48,052 bases of DNA from an uncultured archaeon (GCA_964342815.1 CAYFHS010000031.1:1-48052), one strand, 5' to 3'. Shown: positions 20,301 through 28,746, counted from the stretch's first letter. The notes: generated by a model not told the origin, from the sequence alone. A program made the numbers and translations.

Positions 20301-21818
20301 CATATCCTCGGTCCCACCACTACTTGCAGAATAAAATCGTTTATGTCCAAAGACACCACCGCCATTATTGAGCAGAACCATTATTGAGTTATTTCTATTA
20401 ACGGTGATAATATCCGGCTTATTGTCTCCATCCACATCACCTAAGGTCGCAGCCCCCATCCCGCCTTGATCCCCCCAAAAAGAATAATCTGCCCTTGTAC
20501 TGAAAGCACCGATCCCATTATTTTTAAGGACGGAAACGGTATTCTCTATATCATTACAAACTATGATGTCAAGATGCTCATCTGCATTTATATCCCCCAC
20601 AAAAAGTGAGCTTATACCCCCCCACCATTCACCTTCTGACGGTTTTTCTCCAACCCTGTATTCGATCTGCTTTCCAAAGGTACCGATGCCGTTGTTCATT
20701 CGTATGGAAACTGTGGAATACCCTCTGTTTGCCACGACCATATCGGCGGTCCCATCTTCATCCATGTCACGCAGCGAGATGCCTACGGGGTCCTGGCCCA
20801 CCGAATAGGATATTGATGTATCCTCCAGCCTGCCATTACCATCGTTCCTGAGAACCGATACGCTGTCATCTTCAAACTTTGCCTGAACAAGGTCCAGGTC
20901 TCCGTCGAGATCAATATCACCCAGTGAAATTTTATCGGCAGTTCCTATATGATCTGAAGATCCCTGTGTAAAATAACCGGTTCCATCATTTATTAGGACG
21001 TCAACACCATACGAACAGCCTGCTACTATATCATCAAGCTCATCACCGTTCATATCCCCCATGTCCATGGATTTCACCTCCGGGCCCAAAGCGTAATCGG
21101 TTCGGTCGTCGCCATCATGTTCAGGAGTACCGGAAACCGGAAAGCCACCAGAACCGTCATTCAATAGAACGGAGATACTGGAATTTGTCGGTTCCGCCGA
21201 CTCTCCGGCCGGATCCGGATCGAATTCAACATTGGCGGTAACGATGTCGAGAAAACCATCATCATCCACATCACTCAGGTGAACATTCTTGGGAAAATTC
21301 CCAACAGCGAAATCAGTTCTACCGTCACCATCATCTGCGGGAGTGCCATCCTGCGGAAATCCGCCGGAACCGTCATTTAACAGAACGGTGGTGGTATTAT
21401 CCCAGATATTGGCGGTAACGATATCCGGACCGTTCTGATTGTCGAGATCACCAACATAGACGGATCGAGGGGTTTGACCGACAAAACAATCCACCCTTCC
21501 CCGTTGACCGCCTTCATTGTCTCGATATATTACCGTGATGGTGCCGATGGCGGGTCTTATGGAAACCCCATGTTTATATTGGTATCTTATGTTAGAACTA
21601 ATAATATCCATGTTTGCATCACCGTCCACATCAGCCATGAAAACGGACATGGGTCTCACGTCTACTTCATAGTACTCCAGCGGCACCTTTACCACATTTC
21701 GTCCTCCTTCGGTGGGGTCGGTACTCAGTAGTATAAAACCTAAAAAACCGCTCATTACGAACATCAATATTACCATTTTCGTTACTGTCTTTCGTCGTCC
21801 ATTTTCCATATTCATCAC
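17307..21818 (-). CDS. Giant surface protein: 14 FG-GAP/VCBS repeats, thrombospondin type-3 Ca-binding repeats, TM helix and acidic cytoplasmic tail
   Basis: N-terminal signal/TM; 14 DxDxDGxxDI-type repeats; many DxDxDGxGDxxDxFP repeats; TM (FFKILGGVLLIWMVGIIL) followed by RKKR. The start could also be ATG 21815 or 21809. Confidence 0.88.
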   Translation of the reverse strand: MMNMENGRRKTVTKMVILMFVMSGFLGFILLSTDPTEGGRNVVKVPLEYYEVDVRPMSVFMADVDGDANMDIISSNIRYQYKHGVSIRPAIGTITVIYRDNEGGQRGRVDCFVGQTPRSVYVGDLDNQNGPDIVTANIWDNTTTVLLNDGSGGFPQDGTPADDGDGRTDFAVGNFPKNVHLSDVDDDGFLDIVTANVEFDPDPAGESAEPTNSSISVLLNDGSGGFPVSGTPEHDGDDRTDYALGPEVKSMDMGDMNGDELDDIVAGCSYGVDVLINDGTGYFTQGSSDHIGTADKISLGDIDLDGDLDLVQAKFEDDSVSVLRNDGNGRLEDTSISYSVGQDPVGISLRDMDEDGTADMVVANRGYSTVSIRMNNGIGTFGKQIEYRVGEKPSEGEWWGGISSLFVGDINADEHLDIIVCNDIENTVSVLKNNGIGAFSTRADYSFWGDQGGMGAATLGDVDGDNKPDIITVNRNNSIMVLLNNGGGVFGHKRFYSASSGGTEDMGVALGDIDEDGHGDVVTTNRIGDNQDYVSVLRNDGSGGFSDRTDCKVGEWPISICLGDVSGDDFADIVTGNYGERQYEGKVTVLLNDGTGNFSQDATGGKDADDRTDYQLFKSIYSVYLGDVNGDGDLDIVTANEEESGLDSVSVLINNGSGGFEDRFDYPVGDSPRSVVLGDIDIDGDLDIVTANSADNTIAILKNNGSGGFGPKIGYAVGDGPLTLAIDDIDGDYDLDIVTGNHGDNTVSVLRNEGGSLFGSRIDYTVGKGPQTINLGYVNGDDDPDIVTLNTIDSSITVLINSGNGDFMLDSDGDGYPDLIDAFPEDKLEWMDSDDDGFGDNVDHIPWDPLEHMDLDGDYHGDKFDDLFPTDDAQWADKDGDGFGDNLPWTTVKVRDRIFHVTSGDLFPDDPREWADLDNDTVGDNGDALPGDITQCMDSDGDGFGDNAPGSIITIRGVEYVASFETGDRFPDDPREWSDLDNDTVGDNRDAFPNDMTQWEDTDGDGYGDNHPGKIITLDGMNFTASNETGDWFSNDNNEWSDFDLDGMGNNGDSDDDNDDFLDEWEIYLGTEPKDNSSRPRDSDNDSLPNGDTINSQSWMDFDDDNDGYSDMMEANYGSDPLVHTSIPADWDEDKFPDNIDADDDNDEYPDVIDAFPLDAAASIDSDDDGLPDKFHSWYKTKEDIWNILPEKLQTTTLNEDDDDDDDGYQDSNDAFPLDPFEWKDTDGDGVGDNDDEDADGDGLEKDDSFLFFFDYSDTDDSDPDKGWLISETIPLSTVTSFFKILGGVLLIWMVGIILRKKRFIKFDKQLDEVKSIKELDRWYHHQIELAMEHGLLDYIGSRHLKAGYEKQRRRLMEGRTVDDGISFGERLRKSFVFSPNDFSELPDRDKKDDAKKENDRQIEERTQDKEIPEGREPTQSDNGIEISEPEEETEVLDESFDYSELPESGPSSELDEFPSGDSPAGDLSTPDLEVPFPKENEPQDGIDTNLNPLPIPPPVEKI

Positions 21819-22043
21819 CTTATTTTTGTAGGATCATCATAGTACAGGCGTCAGATCGATAATCCCCCTAGTGTTCCCTATCAGCCGGTACGTCATTCAT
21901 TCCGAGAGCTTTTCCAATTGAGTTTTCCTTGACCCCAATACCCCGGTAAATTTTCAGTTCATGCAATTAAGAAATGAATTGATAGTAGCCATGATAATTA
22001 AATTTTTGTTCCCTTTTCACAAGTCTTTGGTAGTTGACGTTTT

Positions 22044-22230
22044 AAAAAAAATTGCACAACCGACTAGTTTTCCGGCTCCCTTCCTTTCAAAAGGCACGGG
22101 GTCACTACCCCGGTAATTACGGCAAACTCGCCAGAGTGAAGGTTGTGGGAGTGACTTCTAACTGTTCAGCGGTTATCGGTTACCCGGCTTTCGGGGGTGG
22201 TGGCACTGGAGAGAAGGGGGTAATTATATA
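22044..22230. ncRNA. Candidate structured non-coding RNA or leader element (unclassified)
   Basis: GC-rich island in an AT-rich intergenic region, containing hairpins CCTT-TCAA-AAGG, CGGGGT-CACT-ACCCCG and CCCG-GCTTT-CGGG. Its ends can pair (CTCCCTTC 22076-22083 with GAAGGGGG 22213-22220). TATA-like and T8 tracts flank it. Confidence 0.35.
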
Positions 22231-22339
22231 CTCCTTGTATATCTAATCCTATCGGATAAGATTTACATAACTATATTAAAAATAAAATCTTGTTGTAGAA
22301 TAACTTATTAATGACGAAAAAGGTTATCAATATAAAGTA

Positions 22340-22921
22340 ATGATGGAGAGAATAAATATGAGTCATAAAGATAATACATTCGAACATATAGACTTGGATG
22401 ATGCATTTGGATTAGTTTTTGGATGGAAAGGCGGTGTGGCGGGTTGCTATGAAGAGCCGAAATTTAGAAAAAATCAAATGAGAAAATGGATAAAAAAAGT
22501 AAAATCCCGAACAATAGATTTGACAAATAATGATGAACGAATGAGGTCGAATGTGTTAAAAACACTTGATAGTTTAAATTCGAGATTAAATGATTATCCA
22601 AGGAAAAAAAGTGAATGGAATATAATTGCGCAATTGATTGAAATTATTGGATATCTTCTTGGATATGAGCGTTATGTTAAATCAATAAGAAATCAAGAAT
22701 TCCACACTATTGTTTTTCTACAAAACATAGAACAAGAAAGAGCTACAGAACAAATTTTAAAACGTACTGAAGTGATTAAACGAGACCGAAGTTATAAGTT
22801 TTTTGATAACACTCGACAAGAAATTTGCTTGAAATTGAAAGAGGATGGACTTACAAATTACGAAATCGGACTCATTTTAAATATTAAAGGATCAAAAGTA
22901 TCTCGAATTCTAAAACAATAA
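22340..22921 (+). CDS. Hypothetical protein with C-terminal helix-turn-helix
   Basis: 193-aa AT-rich ORF. The C-terminal LKEDGLTNYEIGLILNIKGSKVSRIL fits a sigma-70 region-4/LuxR-like HTH pattern. Confidence 0.6.
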   Translation: MMERINMSHKDNTFEHIDLDDAFGLVFGWKGGVAGCYEEPKFRKNQMRKWIKKVKSRTIDLTNNDERMRSNVLKTLDSLNSRLNDYPRKKSEWNIIAQLIEIIGYLLGYERYVKSIRNQEFHTIVFLQNIEQERATEQILKRTEVIKRDRSYKFFDNTRQEICLKLKEDGLTNYEIGLILNIKGSKVSRILKQ

Positions 22922-23073
22922 TAAATTTGCAAACTACTCAAGACATATTTAGGACTAATTTTCTTATTATACTTACAAAAACCTCCGCCGTCACTTATAC
23001 ATCATGATCTGCACGATGATGCCCAATAGAACAATACATTGAGAGTCTTTCCCGTAGAGGAAAATAGTAAAGC

Positions 23074-24276
23074 CTACTCAAACCGGCGTTTCTCACCACG
23101 TTCCAATACTTTCTTCAACAAAGTACTAACATCCGGGAATCTCGTGAGAAGCATCATGGCGGCTATCGCATAAAGTTTATGCTCGGCCTCGTGGTAGGTC
23201 GGCAGCCTGTAACGCTCGAACACGGAATCGGCAACCTCACCTTCAGCGCAGTTAACGTCGGTAATATCCGCCGGAAGACAGTGCATGTAAAGACCTTTTC
23301 CGTCCTTGGTAAGCGACATTAATTCTTCGGTACATTCCCAGTTTTTATACCTAGAATTGTTTTTTATACATTCCTGCTCAAGCGCCTCCATTCCAGCCTC
23401 GCCGGCCTTTCCCTGATGCAGAAGGGCGGTACGTTTTTCCATAACGGTCACCGGCGCCCAGCTCTTGGGATAAACGATATCGGCGTCCCGGAATGCTTCC
23501 TCCATGCTTTCCACCTGCAAGAAACTTCCGCCGTACTTCTCGGTGTTTTTCCGGGAAATTTCAACGATTTCCGGTATCAGGTCGTAACCGGGAGGATGCG
23601 CGAGAACAATGTCCATTCCAAGCCGGCTCATGAGACCGATTATTCCCTGCGGGACCGACATGGGTTTTCCGTATGCAGGTGAATACGCCCAGGTCATTGC
23701 GAGCTTTTTTCCCTTTAATGATTCAAGGCTTCCGTAAGTCCTTATGAGATGAAGCAGGTCCGCCATGCTCTGGGTCGGGTGGTCACGATCGCACTGCAGA
23801 TTTATAACGCAGGGCCGCTGCACGAGAACTCCTTCCTTGTAACCCGCATCAACCGAATCCGCCACCTCTTTTTGGTATTTGTGCCCCTCTCCAAGAAATA
23901 GATCGTCACGTATGCCTATAACTTCAGTGAGAAAAGATATCATATTTGCGGTTTCCCGGACGGTCTCGCCGTGGGAAACCTGTGATTTGCTCTCGTCGAT
24001 GTCCTGCACGTCCAGGCCCAGAAGGCTTGCCGCGCTGGCAAATGAGAAACGCGTTCTGGTGGATTTGTCGCGGAAGTTCGATACTGCAAGGCTGCCGTCG
24101 AACACGCGGCATGATATGTTCGCCCGATACATCTCTTCAAGGGCCAGGGCTACTAGCAGAACCGCTTTTATGTCCTCCCAGGGGTGTTCCCACGTTTGAA
24201 GGAAATCCTTATTGTACATGTCAAGTTCAAGTTCACCAAGTTCCTGTATTATTCTTTTAATTTCGTCATTGCTCAT
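23074..24276 (-). CDS. ygeW: Knotted carbamoyltransferase YgeW
   Basis: FRDKSTRTRFSF carbamoyl-phosphate site, HPTQ, HCLP, GETVRETANMISF and AYSPAYGKPMSVPQG; 400 aa, matching the YgeW subfamily. Confidence 0.9.
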   Translation of the reverse strand: MSNDEIKRIIQELGELELDMYNKDFLQTWEHPWEDIKAVLLVALALEEMYRANISCRVFDGSLAVSNFRDKSTRTRFSFASAASLLGLDVQDIDESKSQVSHGETVRETANMISFLTEVIGIRDDLFLGEGHKYQKEVADSVDAGYKEGVLVQRPCVINLQCDRDHPTQSMADLLHLIRTYGSLESLKGKKLAMTWAYSPAYGKPMSVPQGIIGLMSRLGMDIVLAHPPGYDLIPEIVEISRKNTEKYGGSFLQVESMEEAFRDADIVYPKSWAPVTVMEKRTALLHQGKAGEAGMEALEQECIKNNSRYKNWECTEELMSLTKDGKGLYMHCLPADITDVNCAEGEVADSVFERYRLPTYHEAEHKLYAIAAMMLLTRFPDVSTLLKKVLERGEKRRFE

Positions 24277-24478
24277 TATTCATCTCTCCGTCTCATGGCT
24301 GTTATATTATTGAATTTGTGGGTTTCGGGTAAGAATGGTATTATTTATCAATTTTGCCTAATCGGTATTTTCGAGGAAAATAACAACCCTGTAAGATATT
24401 CGAAATGTACAACAATGCCTTTACACAGTGAGGAATTTTGTGGTAACCTTTATTACCTGTAAAATCAATATTAACAAT

Positions 24479-24805
24479 ATGACAGAAACAAAGAGCCGAA
24501 TATCTTTTTTTCCAAAACATACTCTTGGAAAATTATCGGTCGAACTGCTAGTTCTTTCCATTATATTCTTTGGAGTGCTTATGGCTCTTATATTCTCCGG
24601 ACAAAAAGGCGGAGATACTTTTTTCAGCAATCTCCTGCTTGCGATCCCAGGGCTCTTGGTTGCCATCTGTGGAGTGGCGGCCTTTTTTACTGGTATCATA
24701 AGTATTGTGAAAGAAAAGGAATGCTCAATTCTCGTTTATCTGTCCACAGGAATTGGTTTCTTCATTCTTTTGTTCGTCGCCAGCGAAATTCTGTTTCCCC
24801 ATTAA
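24479..24805 (+). CDS. Small three-TM membrane protein of unknown function
   Basis: Hydrophobic ORF with PKHTLGKLSV, SGQKGGDTFFSN and KEKECSILV, ending EILFPH. ATG 24479 is preferred over GTG 24428. Confidence 0.7.
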   Translation: MTETKSRISFFPKHTLGKLSVELLVLSIIFFGVLMALIFSGQKGGDTFFSNLLLAIPGLLVAICGVAAFFTGIISIVKEKECSILVYLSTGIGFFILLFVASEILFPH

Positions 24806-24847
24806 TCCTCTTATTTACTAGCTACCATACGATTTCTTAGCTAATAC

Positions 24848-26272
24848 TCACTCTTTCTCGTATACATCAACCCTGAGCCTTTTTGAGGTCCAGATGCCCA
24901 GTAAGATCAATGCGGCAGGTAACAGCAAGACTGCAAAATTGGGATAGCCGGGACCACCAAGCAGCCAGTTCAGCAGACTACCACCCCAGTGATACGGAGA
25001 GATGGCAATGGGGACCGCGAATCGGTCTATTACATTATCCACATCCATACCACCGCCGGAAAGTGAATCTATCAATGCCAGTATCAGCCGGAAAAGCAGT
25101 CGGGTAAATATCAAAGAAAAAATTACGAAGAACCACGGAACCGATGTTGGCCTCAGAACAATCCTTTTACGGGCGTAGGTCAGCATGTTCGAAACCATAG
25201 AGCCGATCCCCACCGTCAGCCAACTAAGGGTCAGTGCAGTCATGAACACCAAAAAGAGCTCCCTGAAAGGTATGCCGATCCCCACCATTGTCAGAAAGAA
25301 AACGAGAAAGCATACGATGAATCCTATGATATAAGTATAGATCAGCTTTGCAATTGTGATCTCCAGAACTCCCACCGGATAGCAGACAAGTGTTCTTACC
25401 GTACCCTTCTTTATCTCGTGGTTGTAAGATGTGGCGAATATGGTTGGGACCAGAATGAGGGTCAGCAGAACGCAAAAGCCGAATATGAGATCGAGAAGAT
25501 TAAGAGGTACGCTGAAAGGTTCTCCCGGACTTATTGTTAGAGTGTTCGATTCAGTGCTTTTACCTGTTGAATCGCTTACGTTCAGTACAACACCAAATCC
25601 CTCTCCTTCCGCCTTCTCGAGAAAAATGTGTGTTGGATTCGGTTCATATGAGCCGTTCCCGTCACCGAAATCCCATGAATAATTATATGGACCGGTCCCA
25701 CCTACCACCGCACTGGTGAAGGCCACGCTCAGCGGTTTATTCCCATCGGTAACGTTGGCGCTTATCGCCACGCGTATTTCTTCGCTTCCCGGATCTCCCA
25801 CAACGATCCAAAGATTATTGGATTCGTAACTTTCACCACTGGAATCGGTCAACCTGAGACTGCATAAATATTCCCCGGGATTCAGAAAAGTATAGCTCGT
25901 ATTGGCCTTGTTCGAAACACCTCCGTCTCCAAAATTCCATTCATGCTCAAACGGAACGGGAATTCCAACAATTTCGCTTTTGAATGTGACGTTCAGGGGC
26001 GCAACGCCCTGCATGGTGTCTACCGAGATACGGACATAAAGATCATCAACCTCCGCAAGAAGTATACTTCCGGTCTAGGTGGGAACTCCGGTTTTCTCGA
26101 ACTGGTCCTTTGCCATCCCGAAAAATACCAGTCCGACGATGGCGATTATTATTGACAGGGAAATGATGAGTAAAAGGCCGTGCCTGCGTATCTGTTTCAT
26201 GTCCCGGGATACAATGGCCCAAATGAGCCTCCCTCGGGTGGGCACCGTTCCCCTTCCACCGTTACCACTCAA
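24848..26272 (-). pseudogene. ABC-2-type exporter permease with two PKD domains, interrupted by in-frame TAG at 26075-26077
   Basis: ORFs 26075-26272 and 24848-26014 share a frame, separated by TAG plus 20 sense codons. The N-piece has IWAIVSRDMKQ and TM1. The C-piece has 2x W(N/D)FGDG PKD domains, EIKKGTVRTLVCYPV and ABC-2 TMs. Confidence 0.75.
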
Positions 26273-27207
26273 AGTGAACCCCCCTTCCGCTGCCGCATCC
26301 TTAAAAACACCTCTTCCATGGTCCCCACCTGCCGCATTTCGTTAAGTGGAATACCCGCTTTTCCAAGGATTACGGCGATTCTCGATACGTCCTTCCGCTT
26401 TCTGAGAGTTACCCAGACCTCATCTTTTTTCAAATAGCACTCGGTGGTTGCCAGGGCCTTGGATATCTTTTTCCTGGCTCTTGATGGCTCACCCACGCGC
26501 AAAGCGTAGGACGGAAGTAAATATTTATCGCGCAGTTCGCGAGCCGAACCTATGGTGAGTATCTTCCCCCCGTCGATGAACGCAAATCGATCAACGATGT
26601 GCTCCGCCTCGATGAGATTGTGGGAGGTGAAGAAAACGGTATTGCCCTTGGCCACGTATTTTCCCAGGTATTCTCTAAGTGCTTTTCTGTGTATTATGTC
26701 GATACCGCTGAAGGGCTCATCGAGGAACATTACAGGCACGTCACTCAAAAGCGTTCGCGCTATGGAAAGTTTCTGCCGCTGCCCGTGAGAAAGTTTTGAA
26801 ATTGGTTTCCTTAAAAAACCGGATATTTCAGATATTCGCGTGACCTTATCGATGCGGCCTCTTGCTGAGTGGGAGCCGTGACCGGCCATCCTCGCAAAAA
26901 AATTAAGATATTTCAATGGCGTCATCTTCTCATAGAAGCTGACCTCTTCGGGCAGTATGGCAAGGTTTTCCCTTACTTTAGTAGGGGCACGGGAAATATC
27001 TGCACCGCACACCACGGCCGAGCCGGAACTGGGAGCGGTCTGGCCGCAGAGCAAACGGATCGTGGTGGTCTTTCCCGCGCCGTTGGGACCGAATATGCCG
27101 AATACCTCACCCCGCTTCACCTTGAATGAGACTGAGCGAACCGCTTTCGTACTTCCAAAATTCTTTGAAAGCTGCCAGGCCTCGATTACCGTTTCGGATT
27201 TGCCCAT
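26269..27207 (-). CDS. ABC transporter ATP-binding protein (ABC-2/drug exporter type)
   Basis: Walker A GPNGAGKTT, signature LSHGQRQK, Walker B FLDEP and H-loop TSH; its stop overlaps the permease TTG start. Confidence 0.95.
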   Translation of the reverse strand: MGKSETVIEAWQLSKNFGSTKAVRSVSFKVKRGEVFGIFGPNGAGKTTTIRLLCGQTAPSSGSAVVCGADISRAPTKVRENLAILPEEVSFYEKMTPLKYLNFFARMAGHGSHSARGRIDKVTRISEISGFLRKPISKLSHGQRQKLSIARTLLSDVPVMFLDEPFSGIDIIHRKALREYLGKYVAKGNTVFFTSHNLIEAEHIVDRFAFIDGGKILTIGSARELRDKYLLPSYALRVGEPSRARKKISKALATTECYLKKDEVWVTLRKRKDVSRIAVILGKAGIPLNEMRQVGTMEEVFLRMRQRKGGSL

Positions 27208-27352
27208 TGAAGATCCCTCTGCAAGTTAATATATTTTAATCGGTAGCTGTATATCGACCTCATATGTAAATAGGTTTTACCACAATTTCGATAATATCTA
27301 TCATTTTATTATCAGTTAATATCTAACCAAGCTTACGCTGAAATAATTCGAA

Positions 27353-27393
27353 TTTCCAGATGTTGGATCTTGGAATCCGAACCCATCTGGAAA
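27353..27393. terminator. Long stem-loop downstream of the amidohydrolase gene
   Basis: TTTCCAGATG (27353-27362) and CATCTGGAAA (27384-27393) form a perfect 10-bp inverted repeat, with an inner TTGGAT/ATCCGA stem. Confidence 0.5.
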
Positions 27394-27432
27394 CGGCTCT
27401 TCAGAAATATGATTCAGATCCAGTTCAGGCAG

Positions 27433-28746
27433 TTAATCTCCTCTCAGAACGCGCATGGCCTCAATTCCGTCCCGTATGACCTTTTCCTCGTCAATGCTTA
27501 GTACTTTACGGTTCTCCATAACAATTTCCCCACCAACGATCACGGTTTCGACGTCCTTCGACGATGAGGAATAAACGAGATTGGACAGGGGATTATGTGG
27601 CGGGTTCATGTTCACACCGGAACAGTCCATGATGACAATGTCCGCGAGCTTTCCCACCTCGAGAGTACCAAGTTTATCACCCATTCCCATTGCCTTGGCT
27701 CCATTTATTGTTGCAGTGTCGAGGGTTCGATCAAGTGGCATTGCGGTGGGTTTACCGGTCCTGTACTTCTGCAGCAGCGCAGCAATCTGTATCTCCGAGA
27801 GCATGTCAAGATCGTTATTTGAACCGTTCCCGTCAGTACCCACCGTAACGTTTATTCCCGCATCAAGATAAGCCGTAACGGGAGCGATTCCCGACGATAG
27901 TTTCAGGTTGGATGTAGGATTGTGAAGCACGTGAATATCGTGCTCAGCCATGATCTTTCGGTCCTTATCAGTGGAAACAACGCAATGTGCCGCAAGGATC
28001 GGCTCTGTCAAAAGGTCAATATCCAAAAGGTATTGGAATGGTGTCTTGCCAAAATTCTTCAGCGCTTCGTCAACCTCCCATTGGGTTTCCTGCATGTGTA
28101 TGTGAATAGGTAATTTTCGGCTGTGACCGAAATCCTTGATCTTCCAAAGCCATTCCTTGTCAACTGTGTACGGGGCATGAGGTCCCATACCCCACATAAC
28201 GCGCTCATTCTTGCCGTACCACTGATCCACAACCTCGCACGCCCGCTTGAAACAGTTATCTATTGAACCCGCTTCCGCATTGTTGTCGAACACACTTGGA
28301 CAGAGCAGTCCGCGGATACCGCTCTCAACCACTGCTTCTGCGATCTCATTTGCATAATAGAACTGATCGATAAAACCGGTCACCCCGTTCTTTATCAGTT
28401 CAAGACAGCCCAGTAATGATCCCGCTTTTGCTTCCTTTGCGGTCATTCGTCCTTCCCAGACCCATACGTTGTCCCAGAGCCATTTTTCAAGCATTTCATC
28501 GTCGCAGATACCTCGAAGAAGGGTTTCAGGGAGATGAGTGTGACCGTTTATCAACCCGGGTAAAACCAGTTTCTTTTTCCCGTTTATTATCTTGACGTCA
28601 TTCAACGAAAAATTCTCTTTTATCGTATCGAGCGGTGCTACCGCTGATATCTTTCCATTCTGCATGAGGACCGAATGATCCTTTAAAACGGCACCCGCAG
28701 GTCGAACGGGTATCACCGTCGCGTTTTCTACAATAATATCTTCCAT
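27433..28746 (-). CDS. Metal-dependent amidohydrolase, 5-methylthioadenosine/S-adenosylhomocysteine deaminase (MtaD/DadD)-like
   Basis: PGLINGHTH, GPHAPY, HIHMQET, AHC, HNPTSNLKL and GTDGNGSNN. A GGAGGT RBS lies 7 nt before ATG 28746. Confidence 0.85.
   Translation of the reverse strand: MEDIIVENATVIPVRPAGAVLKDHSVLMQNGKISAVAPLDTIKENFSLNDVKIINGKKKLVLPGLINGHTHLPETLLRGICDDEMLEKWLWDNVWVWEGRMTAKEAKAGSLLGCLELIKNGVTGFIDQFYYANEIAEAVVESGIRGLLCPSVFDNNAEAGSIDNCFKRACEVVDQWYGKNERVMWGMGPHAPYTVDKEWLWKIKDFGHSRKLPIHIHMQETQWEVDEALKNFGKTPFQYLLDIDLLTEPILAAHCVVSTDKDRKIMAEHDIHVLHNPTSNLKLSSGIAPVTAYLDAGINVTVGTDGNGSNNDLDMLSEIQIAALLQKYRTGKPTAMPLDRTLDTATINGAKAMGMGDKLGTLEVGKLADIVIMDCSGVNMNPPHNPLSNLVYSSSSKDVETVIVGGEIVMENRKVLSIDEEKVIRDGIEAMRVLRGD

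Noticed and set aside
18000-21700. Regularly spaced repeats that could be mistaken for a CRISPR array
   Set aside because: They are degenerate, in-frame, protein-coding FG-GAP/TSP3 repeats; there are no identical 25-40 bp repeats with unique spacers and no cas genes.
22072-22195. Resemblance to the c-di-GMP-I riboswitch (GGCAAAC...GGTTACC), SRP helix 8 (GGAAGGGAGC on the minus strand) and IS200/605 omega-RNA (GTCACTACCCC)
   Set aside because: Only isolated short words match. The required GNRA/receptor and GACGCAAAGC core, the SRP CAGG bulge context, and any tnpB/iscB gene are missing.
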